NCBI GenBank assembly: GCA_011364925.1
Contig: RDOA01000044.1
Coordinates: forward strand, 1 to 31,867
Length of the DNA: 31,867 nt
Direction: 5' to 3'
Source of the DNA: Promethearchaeota archaeon
Lineage (GTDB): Archaea > Asgardarchaeota > Lokiarchaeia > Sigyniarchaeales > SOKP01
This document shows, one piece after another, positions 9,381 through 17,785 of this stretch. The translations under genes were made by a program, and so were the position numbers. Position 1 is the stretch's first letter. Each line of letters begins with the position of its first letter. The notes beneath the pieces are model-generated. The model saw only the letters and a program-made list of their open reading frames with translations. It searched no databases and had not been told where the DNA came from.

Positions 9381-9746
9381 ATGGAGTCTGTCGATACTTT
9401 AGATGACCTTTTGAAAAAATTACTTGGAGCAATTCCAGAAGTAAAATCTGCTGCTATCGTGTCTGCTGAAGGACTTCCTATTGCTTCTGCGCTTCCCCAA
9501 GGTGTTGATGAGACAAGAATCGCAGCAATGACAGCAGCTTTACTTTCCTTGTCTGAAAGAGCTATCATTGAAATGGGAAAGGGTGATTTCGATCAATTAT
9601 ATATTAAAGGGAGCGAAGGTTATCTTTTGGTAATGCAAGCTGGCCCAAATGCGGTTTTGACAGTATCTACAACAAAGGATGTCAGACTTGGATTAATTCT
9701 GTTAGATTGCAGAAGAACTTGCGAAAAAATTGCCCAATTGATCTAA
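9381..9746 (+). CDS. Roadblock/LC7 (MglB-like) domain protein
   Basis: AAIVSAEGLPIASALP, RIAAMTAALLSL, GDFDQLYIKG, LGLILLD; near-consensus roadblock; GGAGA SD-like motif upstream. Confidence 0.93.
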   Translation: MESVDTLDDLLKKLLGAIPEVKSAAIVSAEGLPIASALPQGVDETRIAAMTAALLSLSERAIIEMGKGDFDQLYIKGSEGYLLVMQAGPNAVLTVSTTKDVRLGLILLDCRRTCEKIAQLI

Positions 9747-9866
9747 AGCCTCGTATTCTTTTCAAGACCCTCTAAGTTTAATCCGTTATTAAGTAAAAAC
9801 CACAAATTATTAATTTTATGCTTTATTTTGCACATCAATATTGACTCATTTTACTAGTGTAATGTA

Positions 9867-10469
9867 ATGTTTAAACTGATCCAGCTTAGTACTAAAGTGG
9901 AGATACCACCATTTCTCTTCGACCAACCTAAAGCAATCAGCTCTAGAATTATTCTAAGCGAAGAATACGAAGGAATAATTACCAGAGATTATGGTTTCAT
10001 TGTTGCGATAGTCGATATACTTGATGTAGGTCCGGGAATCATAATTCCTGGGAATGCCAACACGTTCCATCAAGTAGAGTTTTCCATTCTGACTTTCAAA
10101 CCAAATCTTGGAGAAGTAGTAGAAGGGGATATAGTTGAACTAGTAGATTTTGGCGCTTTCTGTCGATTAGGACCGTTGGATGGTTTAGTCCATGTCTCTC
10201 AAATTTGCGACGACTATATATCATACGAACAAGTTGGTAATCGATTTATCGGTAAAGAGACTGGGAAAATACTTGAAGTTAATAATGAGGTAAGGGCTAA
10301 GGTAATAGCAGTTTCCTTAGGCACTGGACGAAGCGGTAAATTGGGTTTGACAATGCGTCAAAAGTTTTTAGGTAAACACGATTGGATTGAGGCAGATATA
10401 GAAGAAGAATACGCTAGTGAAAAAGAAGAATCTCCTGGAGCCACTGATGAGGAAGATCTTGAGGAATAG
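9867..10469 (+). CDS. rpo7: DNA-directed RNA polymerase subunit Rpo7 (E')
   Basis: GEVVEG..VDFGAF..LGPLDGLVHVSQI S1 domain, KLGLTMRQ.FLGK; acidic tail; followed by spt4. Confidence 0.97.
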   Translation: MFKLIQLSTKVEIPPFLFDQPKAISSRIILSEEYEGIITRDYGFIVAIVDILDVGPGIIIPGNANTFHQVEFSILTFKPNLGEVVEGDIVELVDFGAFCRLGPLDGLVHVSQICDDYISYEQVGNRFIGKETGKILEVNNEVRAKVIAVSLGTGRSGKLGLTMRQKFLGKHDWIEADIEEEYASEKEESPGATDEEDLEE

Positions 10470-10504
10470 ATAACAATATCAAATCCATAAAGTGATAATT
10501 TAAA

Positions 10505-10699
10505 ATGAAGAAAATCGAAAAAGCCTGTAAAAATTGTCATTTAATAACGAAAAGTCAGACTGTATGTCCAAAATGTAAAACTCACAGTCTCAGTGACGAT
10601 TATACTGGTGAAGTAATAATAATTGATCCTAAAAACTCAGAAATGGCGAATTATTTAAAAATCCATTTTCCTGGAAAGTACGCTCTAAGAGTGCGCTAA
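10505..10699 (+). CDS. spt4: Transcription elongation factor Spt4 (RpoE'')
   Basis: KACKNC...CPKC zinc ribbon, G.VIIIDP.NSE.A, PGKYALRVR. Confidence 0.97.
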   Translation: MKKIEKACKNCHLITKSQTVCPKCKTHSLSDDYTGEVIIIDPKNSEMANYLKIHFPGKYALRVR

Positions 10700-10725
10700 C
10701 TGAATAAATTATTCTAAAGCTGTAA

Positions 10726-11310
10726 TCATTTTTTCATTATATCAATAAATTTGTTAACAACTTTTTGTATTCTTTTCTCGACATCTACCATAACAATACC
10801 TTCAGGAAGGGGTTTCTTTGAGTCGGTAATTGGCGGTTGACCATAAAAGACTAAACTTTTAATTCTGTCGTCTAAGGGAATGCTCAAAACTAGTGGTAAT
10901 ACAAGCAAATCTTCCTCACCTTCAATTATTTTGAGAAGAGTTCTTTTATTTGAACTTACAATATTTTTTAAAAGCGAGAAACTTTCCTCTCGAAATCCTC
11001 CTTGAGGATTCGCAAACTCAATAATTTCTTCGAAAAAATCTTCAGCCTCAATCTCAATTCGATTTCTTTGAGTTTTTTCGTCAATTACACATAATTTTAT
11101 AAACTCTCTGAGAAATTCATTTGATAAAAAATCTTGAGTAACAATGTCTCCTACTAGATATACTTTAACTTCGAAATTAGCTTTTAAAAAAACTTTTATG
11201 ACATTTTCAACCTCAAGAATAGTATCCTGTCTTGTTCCCGCAAAAAGTTTACCCAAAGGTTGAGAAAACTTATGCCTTTCTTCTTCTGGGATTTTATAAT
11301 TCTCACTCAT
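10726..11310 (-). CDS. GTP-dependent dephospho-CoA kinase (DUF359 family)
   Basis: PLGKL, VGDIVT, IDEKTQR, NPQG, EGEEDLLVLP, YGQP; usual neighbour of spt4 and rps24e. Confidence 0.92.
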   Translation of the reverse strand: MSENYKIPEEERHKFSQPLGKLFAGTRQDTILEVENVIKVFLKANFEVKVYLVGDIVTQDFLSNEFLREFIKLCVIDEKTQRNRIEIEAEDFFEEIIEFANPQGGFREESFSLLKNIVSSNKRTLLKIIEGEEDLLVLPLVLSIPLDDRIKSLVFYGQPPITDSKKPLPEGIVMVDVEKRIQKVVNKFIDIMKK

Positions 11311-11322
11311 TTAATTCCAATC

Positions 11323-11532
11323 TCAAATTTTTTTCTTTGCTCTTAAATAAAGCATGATAGTAAGGATCAATAATGTAATCCATAAAAATAAAGATACAAC
11401 AAACAAGGTATAATAGATTCCTACTACTATATTTTGTAAAATCTGGAAAATAATAACCGTAAAAACAAATAAGGTGAGTTCAATTATAATCATGATTCGC
11501 GATATCAAAATATACTTTTTAAAACCAGACAT
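11323..11532 (-). CDS. Small two-TM membrane protein, unknown function
   Basis: 69 aa with two hydrophobic helices and basic termini; 12 nt upstream of DUF359 gene; GAAGGA before ATG. Confidence 0.6.
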   Translation of the reverse strand: MSGFKKYILISRIMIIIELTLFVFTVIIFQILQNIVVGIYYTLFVVSLFLWITLLILTIMLYLRAKKKI

Positions 11533-11648
11533 TTATTCCTTCGAAAAAACCAAAATTTTATTTTTTACTCTTCGTTAATCTTTTATAACTCAGAATTATC
11601 TTTAAATTAACTGATTGACTGAGAAAAACTGTTGTTAGAAGGTTCAAA

Positions 11649-12005
11649 ATGTCGTTTACTATTGAGATTTTAGAAGAGAAGAAAAACCCATTAATTGATC
11701 GAACAGAATTAAAACTAAGAATTGATCACTTCAAGGAAAGCACGCCTAACAGGCTTGAAATAAAGAAAAAAGTAGCAGCAATGAAGAATGCGAACGAAAA
11801 ATTCACTATTATTCGCAAAATTCAAACTCAATTTGGTGGGACATACGATATAGGTCTGGTTAATATTTACGAAGACTCTAAAGAGCTTCAATTTTACGAA
11901 CCATTCCATATTCAAGTAAGAAACTTGCCAAAAGATACGCGAACAGAAGTGTACAAGCTCAAAAGAAGAAAAGAACCTTATACTCATTTATTTGGCTACG
12001 AGTAG
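11649..12005 (+). CDS. rps24e: 30S ribosomal protein eS24 (S24e)
   Basis: EEKKNPLIDRTE, TPNRLEIKKKVAA, IQTQFG, IYE..EP; context next to eS31. Confidence 0.93.
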   Translation: MSFTIEILEEKKNPLIDRTELKLRIDHFKESTPNRLEIKKKVAAMKNANEKFTIIRKIQTQFGGTYDIGLVNIYEDSKELQFYEPFHIQVRNLPKDTRTEVYKLKRRKEPYTHLFGYE

Positions 12006-12031
12006 ATAATTACATCAAAAAGTGAAAAGTA

Positions 12032-12253
12032 ATGACAAACGCATCAAAGTATTATAAAATTGAAGGGGGAAAAATAGAAAGAACCCATAGGGTTTGCCCT
12101 AAGTGTGGTCCTTCGTATTTCCTCGCGGATCACTACGATAGATCGTCCTGCGGGAAATGTGGATACACCGTATTTAAGAGAAAAGGTAAGAAAGGAGCTA
12201 CCACAGTTACAGGAAGTAGAAGGACTCCTCGAAAGCGTTCAAAATCGACATAG
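12032..12253 (+). CDS. rps27ae: 30S ribosomal protein eS31 (S27ae)
   Basis: [27 protein letters not shown]. Confidence 0.97.
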   Translation: MTNASKYYKIEGGKIERTHRVCPKCGPSYFLADHYDRSSCGKCGYTVFKRKGKKGATTVTGSRRTPRKRSKST

Positions 12254-12533
12254 ATCCATTTAAATCCTTTTGTAACATTAAATCTTTAGAAGGCTTCTTA
12301 TTATCGTAATTTTTGTATATGTCTAATTTAGAGTTTCAAGTATACAATCATTAGTATTATATCAGGATATAACCTATTCACAGTTGCTTCTCTCCTTAAT
12401 TATAATCCAAAAACAATTAAGACATAATAATAAGAGATCAAATACAACATAAAAACGAAAAAAGAAAAGTAAATTAATACTCTAACAAATTAGAACCAAT
12501 TTTAGTTTCTATTCTTAAAAATTTAACTTTTAG

Positions 12534-13550
12534 GTGCACAATATTACGCGTCAATTTGCAATGGGGATAGAATCCACGGCACATACTTGGAGTGTAGGAA
12601 TCGTTGATTTTAGTGGGAATGTGCTTAGTCTCGTAAACGATATGTTTATTCCAGAAAAGGGAGGAATCCATCCCATACTAGTGAGAGAACAACACCTCAA
12701 CAATTTTATAAATGTAATAAATAGGACGTTATCAGAAGCTTCAATCTCAATAAGGGATATTGATTTAATAGCGTTTAGTAAAAGTCCTGGTTTAGGACCA
12801 ATATTGAAAATTGGAGCTCAAGTATCGAGACTCTTGAGTCAATTACTAGACATTCCCATAGTTGCTGTTAACCATTGCATAGCTCATGTAGAAATAGGAA
12901 GGCTGATGTGCAAAATTGAAGACCCTCTCACTTTGTATGTATCGGGAGGAAATACAATAGTAAGTGCGTTTGAGTCGGAAAGGTATCAGATTTTCGGAGA
13001 AACATTAGATATTCCTATTGGTAATTTAATTGATTCTTTTGCACGAGATGTTGGAATACCTCATCCCGGCGGACCAAGAGTAGAACAGTTAGCTAAAAAA
13101 TCATCAAAATATCTATCCTTACCATATGTCGTGAAAGGTATGGATTTATCATTTTCAGGGCTTTATTCAGCAGTAAAAAGATTATTAGAGTCAAAAGATT
13201 TCAGAAATAACTATAATTTAAATGATGTAGCTCACTCACTCCAAGAAACAGCGTTTGCTATGCTCACTGAAGTCACAGAGAGAGCATTAGCTCACACTGG
13301 AAAAAAGGAGGTTCTACTCACTGGAGGAGTAGCTGCTAATAAAAATCTACAAGAAAAGATAAAATATATTAGCGACGAACATGATGCTCGGTTTGAGGTT
13401 GTTCCCGTGAGATACGCAGGAGACAATGGAGCAATGATTGGATGGACGGGAATATTAAGATATAAAGCTTTAGGGGAAAACACTATATCAGATACTCAAA
13501 TTAATCCTAAAGAAAGAATGGATCAAATAACTATTCCTTGGAGAAGTTAG
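12534..13550 (+). CDS. kae1: KEOPS t6A synthase Kae1
   Basis: GIESTAHT, GGIHP, PGLG, VNHCIAHVEIG, LYVSGGNT, GETLD, KGMDLSFSG, GGVAAN, DNGAMI; GTG start (ATG at 12561 possible). Confidence 0.97.
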   Translation: MHNITRQFAMGIESTAHTWSVGIVDFSGNVLSLVNDMFIPEKGGIHPILVREQHLNNFINVINRTLSEASISIRDIDLIAFSKSPGLGPILKIGAQVSRLLSQLLDIPIVAVNHCIAHVEIGRLMCKIEDPLTLYVSGGNTIVSAFESERYQIFGETLDIPIGNLIDSFARDVGIPHPGGPRVEQLAKKSSKYLSLPYVVKGMDLSFSGLYSAVKRLLESKDFRNNYNLNDVAHSLQETAFAMLTEVTERALAHTGKKEVLLTGGVAANKNLQEKIKYISDEHDARFEVVPVRYAGDNGAMIGWTGILRYKALGENTISDTQINPKERMDQITIPWRS

Positions 13551-13562
13551 GGCGGATTTCTA

Positions 13563-14237
13563 ATGGAAAACGAAATTGTTATGGAAAAAGTTATTCATAA
13601 AGGTGCTGAGGCAAACCTTGTTTACGGTCATTGGTTTGGAAAAGAGGTTATCTTCAAACATCGGATTCCCAAAGGATATAGAATTGAACAAATTGATAAG
13701 ATGTTAAGAACCAAAAGAACTCTTAATGAAGGCAAAGCTTTAATTAGAGTTAAAAGTTATGGCATAAATGTCCCCCAAGTTTACGAAATTGACACTAAGA
13801 ATTCGACGATCGTGATGAAGCATATTAAAGGTCAAAAGTTAAAGGACGCTTTAAAATCATTAACAAACGAGCAAAAAGTGAATATTTTAAAAAATATTGG
13901 GAAAAATATCGCAATCTTACATAAAAATGGACATATTCACGGAGACATTACTACAAGTAATATCATTCTAACAAACACTGAAGAAATATTTATTATTGAT
14001 TTTGGTCTTCACGATTATTCGGACTATATAGAAGATAAAAGCACTGACTTACATCTATTTAAAAGAGTATTAATATCGTCTCATGGAAATGATTTTTGTT
14101 TGTGCTATGAGGCTTTTTTAGAAGGTTATCGCAATGGATACGAACCCGAAAACATAAAAGAATGTAAAGAAATAATAAAGAATATTAAGACAATCGAAAC
14201 AAGGGGTCGATACGTTAAAAAGGAAGATAGAATCTAG
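13563..14237 (+). CDS. bud32: KEOPS kinase/ATPase Bud32
   Basis: KGAEA, K.RIPKGYR, HGDITTSN, IDFGL, EDKSTDLH, RGRY; directly after kae1. Confidence 0.96.
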   Translation: MENEIVMEKVIHKGAEANLVYGHWFGKEVIFKHRIPKGYRIEQIDKMLRTKRTLNEGKALIRVKSYGINVPQVYEIDTKNSTIVMKHIKGQKLKDALKSLTNEQKVNILKNIGKNIAILHKNGHIHGDITTSNIILTNTEEIFIIDFGLHDYSDYIEDKSTDLHLFKRVLISSHGNDFCLCYEAFLEGYRNGYEPENIKECKEIIKNIKTIETRGRYVKKEDRI

Positions 14238-14478
14238 AGTAAAATATTTTCAATCAATCTTAAATTTATGATATCAAATGTTCATTTCACTGATAAAAAC
14301 ATCAAAACTAATTAACGCTTTAAGTACTGTTAAATTCAGAGAGATAATTTTATATACAAGGTAAACTTATAATTTATTATCAAAAAGTTGGATGTAGTTA
14401 AGGGTTTATAATATTACATAGTTTATACTACTAACTGATCCACTTTTCTGAACCTATATTTAAAAATTAATAATCTAA

Positions 14479-14691
14479 GTGAAATTAAAATTGCCGAATC
14501 CTAAAAAAGAGAAGAAAAAGACGATGCAAAATATCACTATTAACATTCCTGATATATATGATGTTAACATTCAAAAATTAATTGAAATGAAAGTGGTATC
14601 TAGTCGTTCAGAGGCAATTAGAACTGCACTTAAAGAATTTTTTCGTAATGAATTTGAGAATTTACGACTTTTAGGATACTTCGATGAGTAA
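14479..14691 (+). CDS. Ribbon-helix-helix (CopG/Arc/MetJ) DNA-binding protein
   Basis: QNITINIP strand, helix, SSRSEAIRTALKEF; true start uncertain (GTG 14479, TTG 14491, ATG 14524). Confidence 0.85.
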   Translation: MKLKLPNPKKEKKKTMQNITINIPDIYDVNIQKLIEMKVVSSRSEAIRTALKEFFRNEFENLRLLGYFDE

Positions 14692-14711
14692 TACCTAAAA
14701 AAATAGATATG

Positions 14712-14957
14712 TTATCTCCTTCTTCGAATTTTCCTTGCTTCCCGTTCTACTTCTCGTAAGATAACAATATCATTAACTTGTATGGGACCCTTAACATTTC
14801 TTGTCAAAATACGATTCCTATCGGGGCCTTCAAGGATTCTAACCTTAATCTGACTGATCTCACCTGTTAATCCCGTTCTGCCTACAATTTGAATTACCTC
14901 GGCAGGGATTGAATAATCCTGTACAGTCTTTTCTTTTGTTTTATCTATTTTTGCTAA
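14712..14957 (-). CDS. rps28e: 30S ribosomal protein eS28 (S28e); not in ORF track, no canonical in-frame start
   Basis: Manual translation of the minus strand gives ...[68 protein letters not shown]-stop(14712); directly downstream of rpl7ae; start placed provisionally at TTA 14957. Confidence 0.92.
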   Translation of the reverse strand, partial: LAKIDKTKEKTVQDYSIPAEVIQIVGRTGLTGEISQIKVRILEGPDRNRILTRNVKGPIQVNDIVILREVEREARKIRRRR

Positions 14958-14970
14958 GATCTTTCACCGA

Positions 14971-15342
14971 TTACTTTTTTAGCGCTTCTAACTTTTTAAT
15001 AATATCTCCCAATTCTTTATCGTTCCCGGTACCTACATTTTCTATTGCTATTGCAGAAGAAGCAACATTAATGCGAGCAGCATTCCCTAATTCCTTTTTT
15101 GTTGAAACGTAACAAAAAGGAATGCCCTTCTCTTCGCAAAGTAATGGAATGTGAAATAAAATCTCTGGTGGGGATACGTCTTCTGCCATTATCACTAGCT
15201 TGGCTAAATTTCTCTCAATAGATTTAGTAACCTCATTCATCCCTTTTCTGATTTTAGCATCTCGAGTACTAGCTATTTTGTTTAAGGTATCCTTAATACC
15301 GTTTTTTAAATCGTCAGGAACTTTAAATTTAACATAACTCAT
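14971..15342 (-). CDS. rpl7ae: 50S ribosomal protein eL8/L7Ae (K-turn binding)
   Basis: SYVKFKVP, KIRKGMNEVTKSIER, AEDVSPPEILFHIPLLCEEK, KKELG.AA; ATG at 15342 (TTG at 15357 possible). Confidence 0.97.
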   Translation of the reverse strand: MSYVKFKVPDDLKNGIKDTLNKIASTRDAKIRKGMNEVTKSIERNLAKLVIMAEDVSPPEILFHIPLLCEEKGIPFCYVSTKKELGNAARINVASSAIAIENVGTGNDKELGDIIKKLEALKK

Positions 15343-15490
15343 TTTTTCTCTTTCCAATATATGTGTTTTAATATATTATCATAAATCATCGATTTTGAAT
15401 AGGTTATTTAATTCTTCATATAAATTAAAATTTCTGTTTCTAGTGTGATAGCAGACAATAAAATTTAGGAAACTTGATTATTCCTTTTAT

Positions 15491-15691
15491 TTACTGTAGT
15501 CGTGAGAATTTTAAAAGGTCATCTATTAAATCTACATTCGATATAATCATTCTCTTACAACAGAAGCGCTCAATCCCCAATTGTTTAAAAGCTTTTTCTG
15601 CACTCTCACCCTTTTCAATCATTTCTAAATAGGGTTCGTAGATATGGGCAATTAATTTGCCGCATGAAAAACAGCGAATTGGTATTATCAT
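15491..15691 (-). CDS. rpo10: DNA-directed RNA polymerase subunit Rpo10 (N)
   Basis: MIIPIRCFSCGK, LGIERFCCKRM. Confidence 0.97.
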   Translation of the reverse strand: MIIPIRCFSCGKLIAHIYEPYLEMIEKGESAEKAFKQLGIERFCCKRMIISNVDLIDDLLKFSRLQ

Positions 15692-15794
15692 TATAGATTA
15701 TGAAAAGAAGTATTCTAAAAAAATTTTACTAAAATGAATTAGTTTATTGACATAGTCTACCTTAAAAAAAATAATGAATTAAAGATGAGAAAAA

Positions 15795-16123
15795 ATGGCT
15801 GGTAGTGATAGCAAATTTGACACTAAGATGAGTATCGCCGATTTTTAGAACAGAAGATTAGAGATTTGTTAACTTGTAATATGAGTAATTTCGACGATCC
15901 TGCTTGGGTACAAGCTGCTGAATTATTTGTCGAGATAGTTATTCCATGTGAATTCTTTTTTGCAGATGGGCTGATGGTTTTAGGATTCGATATTATTAAA
16001 GAAGCTGAAAAATGTGACTGCCAAGTGATTTATCGAACGGGTTCAAAAAGTGAAGTCGTGGACTACACGAGAACTATAAATTCAATCAAAAATTGGATTG
16101 TTCAAAATAAAGAACTTATTTAA
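15795..16123 (+). pseudogene. Small hypothetical protein gene apparently split by a -1 frameshift (or indel error) at 15842-15846
   Basis: ATG 15795 frame reads MAGSDSKFDTKMSIADF then TAG at 15846; the -1 frame continues LEQKIRDLLTCNMSNFDDPAW... into track ORF 15866..16123. Confidence 0.5.
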
Positions 16124-16167
16124 TAACTATTCTATTCTCTTTGGGTAAGTTTCTTGTTCAAGAAACT

Positions 16168-16350
16168 TTATTCTTTCCCGTATAATGTTGTCCATCTAAC
16201 TTTACGGGGATTCCTCCGCTGAATCAACATTGCCGTACGACACTTATGCGTACAGAAGTTTAGAATAGTTCCATCCTTTTTAACGTACATATGTCCTTTC
16301 CCAATTGGAATATCATATCCGCAAAAGGAGCATCGTTTTACTTTAACCAT
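16168..16350 (-). CDS. rpl24e: 50S ribosomal protein eL24 (L24e)
   Basis: CSFCG..I..GKGHMYVKKDG....FC..KC, RNPRKVRWT. Confidence 0.97.
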   Translation of the reverse strand: MVKVKRCSFCGYDIPIGKGHMYVKKDGTILNFCTHKCRTAMLIQRRNPRKVRWTTLYGKE

Positions 16351-16388
16351 AGATTTTTCATCTCGCTTTGTTGCTACTCTCTACTATT

Positions 16389-16790
16389 TTATTCTTTCGA
16401 TTTAAAAAGTTCAGTTTCTCCATATTTTAATACTTTAAGGTTGATAAGTGTCATGTTGAGAGTAATCTCGTTCCCTCTTACGGTTCTTCTCCTCTTTTGT
16501 CCCTTTCTTGCTGGCTTGTAACCAATTCCTTTTTTGGATACTAAAATTTTCTTTTTCACAGGGCCATGAACATCCTTTCTCATAGGAAATCCGCTACTGT
16601 CAGAACCACCTGTAATTTCAAACTCGTAATTAGGAAATCCAATAAGTCCACCGTTGATGGTGTCCCCGATCGACATTCCTTCAAATCGAAATTTCTTTTC
16701 ATCTATCTCAATTAATTTAGATAATCCTTTGCCTGATCCCGAGTTCCCACCGGAAATATTCAGCTTATATACTCTCTTATCTGAGCTCAT
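16389..16790 (-). CDS. rps6e: 30S ribosomal protein eS6 (S6e)
   Basis: YKLNIS, IGD.I.G..IG, ITGGSDSSGFPMR.DVHG, RRRTVRGNEI. Confidence 0.97.
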   Translation of the reverse strand: MSSDKRVYKLNISGGNSGSGKGLSKLIEIDEKKFRFEGMSIGDTINGGLIGFPNYEFEITGGSDSSGFPMRKDVHGPVKKKILVSKKGIGYKPARKGQKRRRTVRGNEITLNMTLINLKVLKYGETELFKSKE

Positions 16791-16961
16791 TGTTATCGTA
16801 CTAACAAAAAGGAAATTACGATGAATAATATCCTAAAATTTAAAAATTTTATTGATTTAGTGTTCTTTAGAAAATTTCTGTGAATTTCATTATAAAAAAT
16901 ACAATTTATATTAAAGATCACCACCTATCAAATATATAGAACTAATGTGGGATTTATCTAA

Positions 16962-17777
16962 ATGGTACAGATTTTTGAAGCACTCGAAGTGAGAGAAGAA
17001 CCATATTATTTAACTGTAGAAGTCGAGGAAGGAGAAAAAGTTAGAGACATACTTACAAGCATAAATAGCTATAAAGTTTATTTGTTGGTAGACGACGATA
17101 CTAAGAGAATATGGACATATTATGGTCAGAATAGCCCTTTTAAGCTCCAAATCTTCGGTGGAATCCTAGCTGGGATGTTGCGTAAGAAGATTGGAATATT
17201 TTATAGAGTATTCCCGCTTAACAAATACTCCGAGGACGATCCCGAATTTCTTGCAATTTTAGATAAACCCCTTGGAAGTGGAAAAGCAACAACAATAGAT
17301 AAAAGTGATTTTTCTCGGTTGGCGACTCAAAAATTTTTTGCTGATATCAATACTCACAATCCAAGGCTTAGCAAAGCTTTAGAGAATATAAATTCTTATT
17401 CCAAACCAGAAGATTTTAAACGAATTTTCTTAATAGTTGCTGGAACTATTTATTCCGAGGAAGAAGTTCCAAAAACAATTCTCACTAAGGGAGAAAGTCC
17501 TGATAACTTGGTTAAAATGGGGCGCTTAAATAACGGATTTACCTTTTTTGGCGATCGGAATTATTCTACTCGAATTGTAATAAATAATAGGTCAATTCAA
17601 GGAATTGAACTATTCATCCACGAATCCGATGAGATACCTGTTGTTCAGATCAAATCTCCCATTATTAACGAAGAAAAGTTTAGCAACGAGGGGGATATGG
17701 ACAAACTTATCGCTGGATTTCATATCCCAGATTCGCTTCCAGATGTTGAATCCGCAGAGCATGAAAAACAAACCTGA
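16962..17777 (+). CDS. Gelsolin-like domain protein with a second, uncharacterised C-terminal domain
   Basis: INSYKVYLLVDDDTKRIWTYYGQNS followed by a long helix and EDDPEFL matches the gelsolin-repeat pattern (LNS..VFILD...IY.W.G..S ... E..EF); recognised by pattern only. Confidence 0.62.
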   Translation: MVQIFEALEVREEPYYLTVEVEEGEKVRDILTSINSYKVYLLVDDDTKRIWTYYGQNSPFKLQIFGGILAGMLRKKIGIFYRVFPLNKYSEDDPEFLAILDKPLGSGKATTIDKSDFSRLATQKFFADINTHNPRLSKALENINSYSKPEDFKRIFLIVAGTIYSEEEVPKTILTKGESPDNLVKMGRLNNGFTFFGDRNYSTRIVINNRSIQGIELFIHESDEIPVVQIKSPIINEEKFSNEGDMDKLIAGFHIPDSLPDVESAEHEKQT

Positions 17778-17785
17778 TCTCTAAT

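Noticed and set aside
12254-12533. 280-nt spacer between eS31 and kae1 with tiny minus-strand ORFs (16-17 codons, one after an AGGAGAG motif)
   Set aside because: Too short, hydrophobicity explained by T-richness, no homology evidence; a decayed gene cannot be excluded
14479-14691. Antitoxin of a type II toxin-antitoxin pair
   Set aside because: No toxin ORF adjacent; the next gene is the convergent rps28e
15358-15490. Possible tRNA after rpo10, or K-turn in the rpl7ae leader (GATGA..ATGA)
   Set aside because: No cloverleaf or T-loop consensus, and no convincing flanking stems for a K-turn could be built by eye
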